Origin: a virus
Taxonomy: Duplodnaviria > Caudoviricetes
Virus record (IMG/VR): IMGVR_UViG_3300011102_000450
Location: 1 to 27,251 of that record
Length of the DNA stretch: 27,251 nt
Strand: one strand, 5' to 3'
Below the pieces are notes generated by a model. That model was given only the letters and a program-made list of their open reading frames with translations, searched no databases and was not told where the DNA came from. Below, in pieces: positions 16,286-24,690 of the stretch. The translations under genes and the position numbers were made by a program. Within the stretch, counting starts at the first letter, position 1, and every line of letters starts with the position of its first letter.

Positions 16286-16891
16286 TTAGTCGTCCGCCAC
16301 GAGGCTTTGCACGGCGGCGCGACAGGCCGCGATGATGGCCGCGTTGTCCGGCAGAACGTTCGGGTCGCGTTTGATCCTGACAGACTTTCTGAGGACGTAA
16401 TAAATCGGGTCGCGCTTTGAGGGCTTCGCGCCGCGACGGTAGAAAAGACCGCCCTCGCCCTTCTTCCCGGCGAGCGGTCGCCAGTAAATACGGTCGCCAA
16501 ACTCCTTCACGCGCGTGCCGTGCGCCGCTTTGTGGACGGGGATTGTCAGGCTGCGAATGGGTTTGCCGGTCACGTCGCTGACACGCCCGGAGGGACGCAC
16601 CACGCCGCCATAGTAATGGAGCCGCACGCCGCGCTCCGGAATGCGGAGAGTCACGCCGCCGCTGTCGTGAGTGGAAACGAGGCTCGCCCGCGCCCGCTCC
16701 CAGAATCCGGTTTTTACGGCGCCGAGGCGGTTGGGTTTGGTGGCGTAGGTTTCGCGGATGTGACGGTCAACGACGGTCCGCGCCGCCACCTCCACCGTGG
16801 CGTTGATTTCCTCCATCGTGAGTTTTCCGCGCAGGGCGTTGGTCACGTCCCTGGCCGTCGCGGAATCGAAATGCAGGCGGAGCTGAATCAT
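16286..16891 (-). CDS. Mu gpG-like virion morphogenesis (tail completion) protein
   Basis: LHYYGGVVRP...SLTIP motif, basic protein; ATG overlaps the MuF stop, the F-G order seen in Mu-like phages. Confidence 0.7.
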   Translation of the reverse strand: MIQLRLHFDSATARDVTNALRGKLTMEEINATVEVAARTVVDRHIRETYATKPNRLGAVKTGFWERARASLVSTHDSGGVTLRIPERGVRLHYYGGVVRPSGRVSDVTGKPIRSLTIPVHKAAHGTRVKEFGDRIYWRPLAGKKGEGGLFYRRGAKPSKRDPIYYVLRKSVRIKRDPNVLPDNAAIIAACRAAVQSLVADD

Positions 16892-18279
16892 TCCGTCACC
16901 TCCTCTCTGACAAAGACGTTCGTGACGCCCGCCTCCTGCTCCACGCGCACCACGCGGAACGCGACGCCGCGCTCGAAAAGAACGTGGCGGCCGTGCAGGT
17001 CCATCGCCGCGAGCTGCTCCACGCACGGCGTCAAATCGCGCGCGGACGCGTGCCACTCCACGATGATTCGCAGCGCCAGGCCGTCCTCCGTGACGGTCTC
17101 GAAATCGCTCGCGCGGGGCAGCCCCCGGCGGAACGCGAGGAACGGAAAGCCCCGCGTCACGGGCTCCCATCGCGCGCCGGGCTGGAGTTCACGGAGCGCG
17201 CCGGTGAATTCGACGTGATCGTCAAACCGCCGCGTGGACAGCAGCGGCGTTTCCCGTTCCTCCATCGGAATGGTCCGGTGAACAAGTCTGCGGAAATGAT
17301 AGAGTTTGTCAGTGCCGGGCTTCACTCCTTCCGGTCCGCGCTCCGCCCACGCTTCGAGTGCCTCGCGTTGCAGCAGCGGCACGTCCGCGCTGTTCGGCGT
17401 GCCAATGACGGCCGGGAGTTCCGAGGAATGATAGGGCTTCGTTCCGTTGGGATCGGTGTAAACGAGTTTGTCCCCGCTCCATTTCGCGAGGCCGCGCAGG
17501 TCGTCCTCCAATTTGCGTTTGAGCGCCTCGTCCGTCACGCGCGGCGTCGCTTCCAGCGTGGAGTTCATGCCAGGCGCCACGGTGACCCTGCCGCTGCGCT
17601 GATTCACGACCGGCGTTTCCGTCGGCCCCTTTTTGGGCGGCGCGCCGGAGAGCAATCCCAGTGCCCTGGCTTCGTCGCGGGAAACCGCCTCGTCGCCCAT
17701 GCCCGAATTGAAATCGTAGGGAGGATAGGGCAGGCGGAATCGCGAGAGCCGAATCCACACCGGATGATCGATGAGCGCCGCCATCTCTCCGGCATTCATT
17801 CCGGCACGCCCCTCCGGCATGTCGCGCTCGGCGTCCATCCAGCGTTGCCGCCACGGACGGGGATCCACCACGCCCCGCACGCGGACCATTCGTTTCGCCG
17901 GGAACGCCCGGCGGGCGATCAGCTGTTTGTGATAGATCGCGTGCCCGCGCGCGAGGGCCACGTTCGTTTTAAGCATGACGTCCTGGCGGGCCTTCGTCGT
18001 CAGGTCTTTGATCGTGCCCTCCTCGCCTGGCTTCGCGACGTAGCCGTGCCGCTCCAGCTGTTCCCGGATTTCGCGGCGCGCCTCCTGAAGCGACAGCTCG
18101 CCGTTGAGCATTTTCGCCGCGGCGTCGCGGTTGATTTGGAGGATTTCCGCCTCGGTCACCGCCGCCATGAAAAACGCCCTGGCCTTGCTCTCCGCGCGCA
18201 CGAGATCCCATTCCGCCGTCGTCATCTCGGACGGGCGGTTGACCTTTGCGGCGAAAAACTCCTGGGCGGTGACGGCCAT
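16888..18279 (-). CDS. MuF (gpF/SPP1 gp7-like) minor head protein with C-terminal ART-like extension
   Basis: RAFFMAAV, KTNVALARGHA and PYPPYDFNSGM are MuF motifs; C-terminus ends HVLFERGVAFRVVRVE. Confidence 0.8.
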   Translation of the reverse strand: MAVTAQEFFAAKVNRPSEMTTAEWDLVRAESKARAFFMAAVTEAEILQINRDAAAKMLNGELSLQEARREIREQLERHGYVAKPGEEGTIKDLTTKARQDVMLKTNVALARGHAIYHKQLIARRAFPAKRMVRVRGVVDPRPWRQRWMDAERDMPEGRAGMNAGEMAALIDHPVWIRLSRFRLPYPPYDFNSGMGDEAVSRDEARALGLLSGAPPKKGPTETPVVNQRSGRVTVAPGMNSTLEATPRVTDEALKRKLEDDLRGLAKWSGDKLVYTDPNGTKPYHSSELPAVIGTPNSADVPLLQREALEAWAERGPEGVKPGTDKLYHFRRLVHRTIPMEERETPLLSTRRFDDHVEFTGALRELQPGARWEPVTRGFPFLAFRRGLPRASDFETVTEDGLALRIIVEWHASARDLTPCVEQLAAMDLHGRHVLFERGVAFRVVRVEQEAGVTNVFVREEVTE

Positions 18280-18280
18280 G

Positions 18281-18658
18281 CTAGAGAGTGGTTGGTGTCT
18301 TCGCTCCGGTTATGGTGTATTCGGCCCGCGTGACCAATCCGGCCTCGTGCTGAATGGTCACGTCGCAGACGGCCTGCGCTAGCGTCAGGCCGAAGCCGGA
18401 GAACGTGCCCTCACCGGCCAAGGCGTCGGCGTGGCTGCCGAGAAAGGCTTTCGCGGCGGACGCCGACGCGTGGCGTTTGCGAGCGGTGAATCGGATAGTG
18501 AATCGCCGGTTGCCGCGTCCGCGCAGAAACGGCGCGGTGCTGCGGATCAGGTCGTCGATTTGCCTGGCGTCGGTCGCGGAAACGGACGAGCCGGAAGCGC
18601 CGTCGAATCCATCGGCGGCGCTGTCGGCGAGCGGGATTCCTTTGAAGGTGATAGCCAT
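18281..18658 (-). CDS. Hypothetical tail protein
   Basis: Follows the tail tube gene in the operon; ATG at 18658 preferred. Confidence 0.65.
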   Translation of the reverse strand: MAITFKGIPLADSAADGFDGASGSSVSATDARQIDDLIRSTAPFLRGRGNRRFTIRFTARKRHASASAAKAFLGSHADALAGEGTFSGFGLTLAQAVCDVTIQHEAGLVTRAEYTITGAKTPTTL

Positions 18659-18692
18659 TAAAACAACAAGCCAGCAAATCGACAAAACAGGA

Positions 18693-19682
18693 TCATTCCC
18701 CGATGGGCGGCGTGATGTCGCCCGCGCCCATCAGCGCGCCGGGAACCCCGGCCGTGAATTTCCGCAGGCTCACCCAGCTCAATTCGCCGATGCGGTTGCT
18801 GTTCGCGCCCCACATCGCCGGACCTCCGCGCAAACCCGCGTCCGGGAGTTGGATGTAATGGGTCTGGCTGCGGTTGATCAGCTTCAGTGCGCGCGGCGAG
18901 GGAACGCCGGCGTCGTGCCAGCGCAGCGAGCGCCCCGGCCCGAGCGCGTTGGTTCCGCCGTGCTGGAGGGCCGTCACCAAATCCTCGTCGGAGATCCCTA
19001 CCGGCACGCAGGAAACAGAGGTTTTCACGCTCGCCAGCGTCACGTCGGCAATGCCCACGTCGTCGCAGAGCGCGTTGCTGGTTTGCAGATCGATGGACAG
19101 GCTCCATCCGCTTTCGGTTCGGATCTCGGACCACACGCCGGTGGGGTTGTCGTCCGGGTCTTCGTCCCAGATTCCAATCCACGGCTCGGTGGGAATTTTC
19201 GCCGGGCCGAACGCGGTGTCCAGGCTGTCGGCGTGAGAGGCAAACGTGGCAATGCCGGTCGTGGCGCTCCAGTCCTCGGTTCCCGCCGCGTGGAGGGCCG
19301 TGAACGTGACGTTCCCGTCATACAGCGTGCCCTGCGACGTGAGACGCAGGGTCGGAAATCCGGTGATTCCCGCGCGCGCCAGCGTCATCACCTTTTGCGG
19401 ATTGATGAGCGGGCGGACCACCAGCGCGCCGGAGAGCAGGCTCTCGCCGGGAACTTTGCCGGTCACCGCGGCCATCGCCGCAATCAGTTCCTCCCATTGG
19501 CCGGATGGCGTGAACGAAACCTGATAGGCGACGTTGGCAATCCGCTCGTCCAGGAAGCCGTGGGCGTCCGTTGTCACGTCGAACGTCTGCGGCGCCATAT
19601 TGACCGTGACTGGCGTCTGCGGCTGGAATTTGATTCCGCCGTATTCGACCTGGGCGGGGCCGCGATAGATCGTGAGAGGCAT
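18693..19682 (-). CDS. Major tail tube protein (two tandem tube domains)
   Basis: Lies after the tail terminator-like gene; GPAQVEYGG start and beta-hairpin pattern; internal duplication visible. Confidence 0.75.
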   Translation of the reverse strand: MPLTIYRGPAQVEYGGIKFQPQTPVTVNMAPQTFDVTTDAHGFLDERIANVAYQVSFTPSGQWEELIAAMAAVTGKVPGESLLSGALVVRPLINPQKVMTLARAGITGFPTLRLTSQGTLYDGNVTFTALHAAGTEDWSATTGIATFASHADSLDTAFGPAKIPTEPWIGIWDEDPDDNPTGVWSEIRTESGWSLSIDLQTSNALCDDVGIADVTLASVKTSVSCVPVGISDEDLVTALQHGGTNALGPGRSLRWHDAGVPSPRALKLINRSQTHYIQLPDAGLRGGPAMWGANSNRIGELSWVSLRKFTAGVPGALMGAGDITPPIGE

Positions 19683-19701
19683 TTTCTAGGATGGGTTTGT
19701 G

Positions 19702-20202
19702 TTAAATCTGCGGGCGGGTGCGGAAGTCCCGGCGAGCCGGTTCGGCGTGGAAATCGCCAGTGAGGGAAAACTCCACCTCCCACAAAACGAGTTGCTGGCC
19801 GCCGTCCGCTTGAGACACGGAGACGGGGATGAGGCCGCCGCCGCTCAGAGGTTCGCCGTTTTCATTCGCCGGCTGGAAATGTTGCAGAATTTTCGCGCAG
19901 GCCTGCGCCACGTGGGCCGCGTCCTGACCGGTTCCTTTGGACGACCGGTTCACCATGATGTTTTCCACGCACTGACAGACAAACCTGCCATCCACGCGCG
20001 GAATCATCGTGTCGGGCGTTGTGAATTTCCCGCCATTGCTGTTCACGACCACGCAGAGGCCCATCTTTGACACGGCGGCTTCGCAGGCCGTCAACACGTC
20101 ATGTTCGCAGGCCGCGATGACCGGGATGGACGGAGCCGCCGAGAAAAACGGATGCCCCCGAAGGTGGCGGGCGATGGAAAGGGAAACGTCGGTCAGGAAC
20201 AT
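19702..20202 (-). CDS. Putative tail terminator (Mu gp37 position)
   Basis: Size and position between the gp36-like and tail tube genes; C-terminal LVLWEVEFSL strand. Confidence 0.6.
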   Translation of the reverse strand: MFLTDVSLSIARHLRGHPFFSAAPSIPVIAACEHDVLTACEAAVSKMGLCVVVNSNGGKFTTPDTMIPRVDGRFVCQCVENIMVNRSSKGTGQDAAHVAQACAKILQHFQPANENGEPLSGGGLIPVSVSQADGGQQLVLWEVEFSLTGDFHAEPARRDFRTRPQI

Positions 20203-20204
20203 TG

Positions 20205-20654
20205 TTAGAAACGGATGTAGCAATCGCCGCCCCACGCGCCACCGTCCGAAGGAGGATCGATCGCCGGATCGTCCGGCGGGGAAACGTAAAACTCCCCCCT
20301 GGCCACGGCCTCCAGATCGTCGTTGGCCTGGTCGATTTTGCGTTGGCGCGGCTCGTCGATGACGACGTGAGAGCTGGGAAGTGAAATGCAGATGGTTTGG
20401 AAAATCAGGGTGAGAGCGGCATCCTCCAGCTCCGGCGGGATGGTGCCGGACGGCCCCAGGCGGTTGTTGGGATTGGCGGCCACCCGCCCGCGGACTCGGC
20501 CCGTCACGGCGCGAATCGCCCGGTCAACGAGAACGTCGGTGACCTCCTCGGGATCGTCCTCCGCGCGAGCGGCTTCAACGAACGCCTCCCACTCGCGTTC
20601 GCCGAACCGTGTTTTGCACAGCTCGGGCGTGATGGTGATCCAGGTTTCCGCCAT
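20205..20654 (-). CDS. Mu gp36-like (DUF1320) head-tail adaptor
   Basis: RFGERE...VDRAI...IPPEL...ANDDLEAVARGE pattern; follows the capsid gene. Confidence 0.8.
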   Translation of the reverse strand: MAETWITITPELCKTRFGEREWEAFVEAARAEDDPEEVTDVLVDRAIRAVTGRVRGRVAANPNNRLGPSGTIPPELEDAALTLIFQTICISLPSSHVVIDEPRQRKIDQANDDLEAVARGEFYVSPPDDPAIDPPSDGGAWGGDCYIRF

Positions 20655-20676
20655 GTTGACGTGTTGTCAGAAATGA

Positions 20677-20749
20677 GGACGCGGGGGAGGGGTTTGCGCG
20701 CGGCGGCCATAGCCAACCACCAGGCGACCGCCGCGCGCTCCCCGCATCC
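20677..20749 (-). other. Long intergenic stem-loop after the capsid gene
   Basis: GGATGCGGGGAG pairs with CTCCCCGCGTCC, and GCGCGCGGCGG pairs with CCGCCGCGCGC. Confidence 0.7.
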
Positions 20750-20756
20750 CGAATTG

Positions 20757-21695
20757 TCAGGTCGTCTTCAGGTTGAGCCGCACGCAGGCCGCGCTGTTGG
20801 TGACGGCGACCAGTCGCAGGTCGTCGAACTTGAGAAACTCGACGCGGCCGTCCTGGGAACGATAGGTGCCCGGCGTCATGTAGCTGTCCCGGATGCGGAA
20901 CGTTTTCATGAACGACGGGTCGCGGCGCGTCGGGTTGTTGGAGCCGACGAAAATCAGGACCGAATTGTCGATCATGAAATCGACGTTGGGCGTCAGGCCC
21001 TCCTGCGCGCTGTCGTAGATGGACAGCGTCATCATCGCCTCCGGGTCGCCGATGAGCAGGCTCAACAGATCACTGACGGCCGGAGCCACGCCGCCCTGCT
21101 CGCCCTTGCCCCTCTTAAAGCGGCCTCTCACGGACTCGCAGTTTTTCAGCAGGCGCAGAGCGTTAGGACCGAACAGCATCCTGATCGGATGCATGGAACT
21201 GAGTTTGGCCGTCTTGGTGAGGTTGATGATGGCCTTGTCAAACTCGTCCACCACGTCAACGGAGCTGGAGGCGACGTTGATGTCGGTCCCCGGACCGACG
21301 GCCGTCAACGCCTTGTCCACAACCTCCTTCTCGTGCGCCAGGCCGAACACGTGCGCGGTTTCGTCCGCGCCCTCTTTGGCCGTGTTTTGGAGCGTGTCGT
21401 CGGCCATTTGCTCGACCTCGTCTATCGGATAGTCGAGGGCGTGGGCCTCGAGCTCGCCGCTCTGTTCGACGCCGCCCATGAAGTATTGTTTCGCGCCGCC
21501 GTGGAGCGCGCGGCGGGTGTCGATGATCTTGAATCGGTTTTGGTCGTCGTATTTCCAGTAGCGAAAACGCGGGCTGGAAACGTTGACCGTGGGCGCCAGA
21601 AACTGCGCCAGTTTACCGACGTTGGACAGGGCCGCGCCCTGGCTGTAGTTTCGCAACCACGCGCTGGTCGCGATGGTGGAGAGTCTCGTGCTCAT
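20757..21695 (-). CDS. Major capsid protein (HK97-type)
   Basis: 312 aa after protease and cement genes; LAQFLAPTVNV...RYWKY, AHALDYPID motifs of lambda-E/Mu-like capsids. Confidence 0.85.
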   Translation of the reverse strand: MSTRLSTIATSAWLRNYSQGAALSNVGKLAQFLAPTVNVSSPRFRYWKYDDQNRFKIIDTRRALHGGAKQYFMGGVEQSGELEAHALDYPIDEVEQMADDTLQNTAKEGADETAHVFGLAHEKEVVDKALTAVGPGTDINVASSSVDVVDEFDKAIINLTKTAKLSSMHPIRMLFGPNALRLLKNCESVRGRFKRGKGEQGGVAPAVSDLLSLLIGDPEAMMTLSIYDSAQEGLTPNVDFMIDNSVLIFVGSNNPTRRDPSFMKTFRIRDSYMTPGTYRSQDGRVEFLKFDDLRLVAVTNSAACVRLNLKTT

Positions 21696-21729
21696 TGGGG
21701 TTTTTTAAATGGGGTTTGATACCGTCTGG

Positions 21730-22095
21730 TTAGATCCATCGAACGGTTGCGATGGCTCCGGCGCTGGCGCCGTATTCCGCGACGGCGCGGGCGGTGCCGG
21801 AGTTTTTCGGGCGCAGTTGCCCATCGTTTACGGTGTCGAGTTCGAGGGCCGCGCCCGCCGTCACGTTGGCGGAAACGCGGACTTTGAGCTGCTCGCCGCG
21901 ATTAACCGGCACAATGTTGGCCTGTCCGCCCTGCGGCGCGCCCCAGCGGACGACTCCGAACGGGATTTCAGCGTCGGCGTCCGTCAGTTCGACGGCACCG
22001 GTGCTTGTCAGGGTGACAAGGTGGTTCTCCTTGCCGGTCAGGTTTTCGGCCGCCGTCTTCAGCAGCGGCCCGGAAATGGCTCCGTGGAGGGACAT
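21730..22095 (-). CDS. Capsid cement/decoration protein (DUF2190-like)
   Basis: 121 aa between scaffold and capsid; PFGVV, VTAGAAL...DGQL, AVAEYGASAGAI. Confidence 0.75.
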   Translation of the reverse strand: MSLHGAISGPLLKTAAENLTGKENHLVTLTSTGAVELTDADAEIPFGVVRWGAPQGGQANIVPVNRGEQLKVRVSANVTAGAALELDTVNDGQLRPKNSGTARAVAEYGASAGAIATVRWI

Positions 22096-22130
22096 TGTTG
22101 TTTAGGGTTTTGTTGGTTGAAACGGGTTTG

Positions 22131-22664
22131 TTAATCGGTCACGCGCGCCCCTGCGCGAGGCCAGGCGGCGGCGAACGGCACCTTTTCCGCGTTCATGATT
22201 TCAAGGGCCTTTTCCATCTGACGTCTGGAGAGCTTCTCCTCGGCGTCGCCCGGCTGCGGGGCGTCGGAGGCGCTGCGGGCGCCGGTGGGAGCGAGGGCCG
22301 CGTTGACCGGGATGGCGTTGAGCGCCTCCACGGCGGCGGTCTCGTTAGCGATGATCTGGCTGACCCAGAACGCCCTCGTTTTTTCGTCCTTGGGCGGAAT
22401 GCGACCGGCGCGCACGGCGGCGTCCACGACGCTCTCCGCCTCCCGCTTTTTGACGGCGGCCAGCTGCTGTTCCAGCGCGGCGATGCGGGCGTTGGCGGCC
22501 TCGATGGCGCTTTCGTCAGGCTGCGGCGCCGGTTTGTTTTTCAGCTCCGCGATCCGGGCGCTCACGGTCGCCGCGGCGTTGTCGGCGCTCAATTCGTCCA
22601 GTTCGGAATCGCTCAACAACCCGGCCTGCACCAGGGCGGCGAGAACTTTCTCGTTTCGGTCCAT
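22131..22664 (-). CDS. Nested in-frame scaffolding protein (Mu gpZ-like)
   Basis: Internal ATG (Met175) preceded by CCCTAAACAACA, the same 12-mer that precedes the ATG at 22095. Confidence 0.7.
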   Translation of the reverse strand: MDRNEKVLAALVQAGLLSDSELDELSADNAAATVSARIAELKNKPAPQPDESAIEAANARIAALEQQLAAVKKREAESVVDAAVRAGRIPPKDEKTRAFWVSQIIANETAAVEALNAIPVNAALAPTGARSASDAPQPGDAEEKLSRRQMEKALEIMNAEKVPFAAAWPRAGARVTD

Positions 22665-23186
22665 TTGTTGTTTAGGGGTTTGGTTAGAAGTTTCCTGCGC
22701 GGCGCGGGCCTTGACCTCGCCGATTTCCGTAAACGCCGGATCGTTGACCAGGCCGCCCACCGGGCCGCTTTTGAGCAGGCCCGCCACGCGTTTGGTGGCG
22801 CGGTCGAATCTGAACGTGGGGGAGAAATAAGAGTAGTCCCCGCCCGCCACGGCGCGGCGGCCGCTTTCGCTCCAGGCAACGCGGCACATCACGCCGCGAC
22901 CGTCCTCCCACTTGAATTCCAGCGGGCGACCCGCGGAGGCTTTGCCCTCGTGGTCAAAGTCGATGAAGGGCTTCACCTTCCGCTTCAGGCGCTGCGACAG
23001 GTCCGCCTGCAAACGATCCGCCGCCGCGGCGTCCACGGTGATTTCGATGGTCTCGGCGCGGCCGTCCACGTAGGGAGTGATGCGCTGTTTTCCGGACGGC
23101 ATGTAGAGCATCCACTCCGGCACGTCGCCGGACGGCACGGCCACGTTGTCGGCCAGAGCCGCGAAAACCGCTGATTCGTTATTCAT
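22131..23186 (-). CDS. Mu-like prohead protease I with C-terminal scaffold
   Basis: IDFDHE, VAWSESG, YSYFSPTF, LVNDPAF motifs; C-terminal VDAAVRAGRIPP. Confidence 0.92.
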   Translation of the reverse strand: MNNESAVFAALADNVAVPSGDVPEWMLYMPSGKQRITPYVDGRAETIEITVDAAAADRLQADLSQRLKRKVKPFIDFDHEGKASAGRPLEFKWEDGRGVMCRVAWSESGRRAVAGGDYSYFSPTFRFDRATKRVAGLLKSGPVGGLVNDPAFTEIGEVKARAAQETSNQTPKQQMDRNEKVLAALVQAGLLSDSELDELSADNAAATVSARIAELKNKPAPQPDESAIEAANARIAALEQQLAAVKKREAESVVDAAVRAGRIPPKDEKTRAFWVSQIIANETAAVEALNAIPVNAALAPTGARSASDAPQPGDAEEKLSRRQMEKALEIMNAEKVPFAAAWPRAGARVTD

Positions 23187-24687
23187 CGCTGTCGTCCTCC
23201 TTTCCGTTGTCGGATGTTAGCTGGAGAGCGGCCCACGCGTCGGCCTGGGCCTTGGTTAGAGCGTGCTCGTAAATGGCCGTCAGATCGCGCTGGAACTCGC
23301 GCGCGTCCCCGCCCGCGGCTTTGGCTTCAGCCCTGGCGCCGGTTTCGTTTTCGGCTCCCGGCAGCGGGTCGCGGGCGATTTCCAGCACGGGTTCGCCATC
23401 GGCCGGAGCGGGCAGGTTGAATTTGTCGCGGAACCATTGTTCCGGCACCGGCACGCCGAGTTCCTTGAGGAAAATCCTGGCGACTTGCGCTTCGACGAGC
23501 ATGTCTCGTTCGTCGGGGATCTCGATGCGGATTTCGGGTGAGAACGAGTCGTCGCCGTAGTTGAGGCGCAGCACGGCGGGCGCGAATTGCTGCGTGAGCG
23601 TCTCCGCCACCACGGCGGCCACGGCGGCCAGGCAGTCCTTTCTAACCGAATTGTGGACCTTTCCGAGCGCGTAGGATCCCCGGCCCTCGTGCGTGTCCGC
23701 GCTGAGCGTCTGGCCGAGAATGGCCAGATCGCATGCTTTGTCCGCCATCTCCATGACGGCCTTCTGCGGCAGGCTTTCGCCGCCCCGCGCGGCGTCGGCG
23801 ATGTTAAACGTGGCGCCACTGGGAATGGCCGCGTAGCCCGCGCTGCCCATGTTCGCCAGAGCGCGTTCCGCCGCGCTCCTGACGGCCTCGTTCCCCGCCG
23901 GGTATTCGACCCAACGAAACGGGATCCCGAAAAGCTGCGCGAATTTGAGAAGCCACTCGTATCCGAAACAATAGGCGCACCAGTGTTTGGCCAGCACGCG
24001 CATGAGCGCCGCGACGGCCGGATGCCCGCCGTGCGCGCGGCAGATTTGGATCAGGAACTGGTTGTCAGGAAAATCCGTGAGCGCGCCGTTTGTTTTCCCG
24101 GACGGGCGGAACATGAGCCGGTCCTCGCCCTTTTTGCCGGCCTGGCTCCATCCGTTAGGCCACGCGAAGTAGTTGGGGTGGACCCGCCGCACGGCTTTGG
24201 GCATGGTGGCCACCCCAACCTCCTCGTCATCGCGCACGTCCCACAAAATTTCGATCACGGAATGCCCTAGCACCGTGCCCTCCGCGAGAATTCGCAGCAG
24301 GTTCAATCCGCCGTCCTGCAGCCTGGTCGTGTCAGGCTTCATGCCCCAAAGCGCCCGCTCCACCAGCTTCGCGCGCTCCTCGGCCTCCCTGGAAACCGTT
24401 CCGTCGGGACCGGCGGCCGGATGCACCGTCACCGGCGTTTGCGCCAGCGCGTCGCGCAGGCTGCGCATGTTATGCGCGAGCCTCGGCCACGTGTCCACCA
24501 TGATCTCAAACAGCCGCGTCTGCTCCACCAGGTCGCCGTTCAGCGCGGCGGCCAGGATGCTTTCCACCGTGGACGGAAACAGCCGTCTGGAGAGGACATC
24601 GTAGAGACGATCCTCCAGCCGGGGCTGCGTCCAATCGTGGAACACATTGCCCGATACGGTCTGGTTAGCGTTGATCGTTTCCGTCAT
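23179..24687 (-). CDS. Portal protein (Mu gp29/DUF935 family)
   Basis: WLLKFAQLFGIP, AILGQTLS, GSYALGKVHNSVR, LNYG motifs. Confidence 0.95.
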   Translation of the reverse strand: MTETINANQTVSGNVFHDWTQPRLEDRLYDVLSRRLFPSTVESILAAALNGDLVEQTRLFEIMVDTWPRLAHNMRSLRDALAQTPVTVHPAAGPDGTVSREAEERAKLVERALWGMKPDTTRLQDGGLNLLRILAEGTVLGHSVIEILWDVRDDEEVGVATMPKAVRRVHPNYFAWPNGWSQAGKKGEDRLMFRPSGKTNGALTDFPDNQFLIQICRAHGGHPAVAALMRVLAKHWCAYCFGYEWLLKFAQLFGIPFRWVEYPAGNEAVRSAAERALANMGSAGYAAIPSGATFNIADAARGGESLPQKAVMEMADKACDLAILGQTLSADTHEGRGSYALGKVHNSVRKDCLAAVAAVVAETLTQQFAPAVLRLNYGDDSFSPEIRIEIPDERDMLVEAQVARIFLKELGVPVPEQWFRDKFNLPAPADGEPVLEIARDPLPGAENETGARAEAKAAGGDAREFQRDLTAIYEHALTKAQADAWAALQLTSDNGKEDDSDE

Positions 24688-24690
24688 TTG

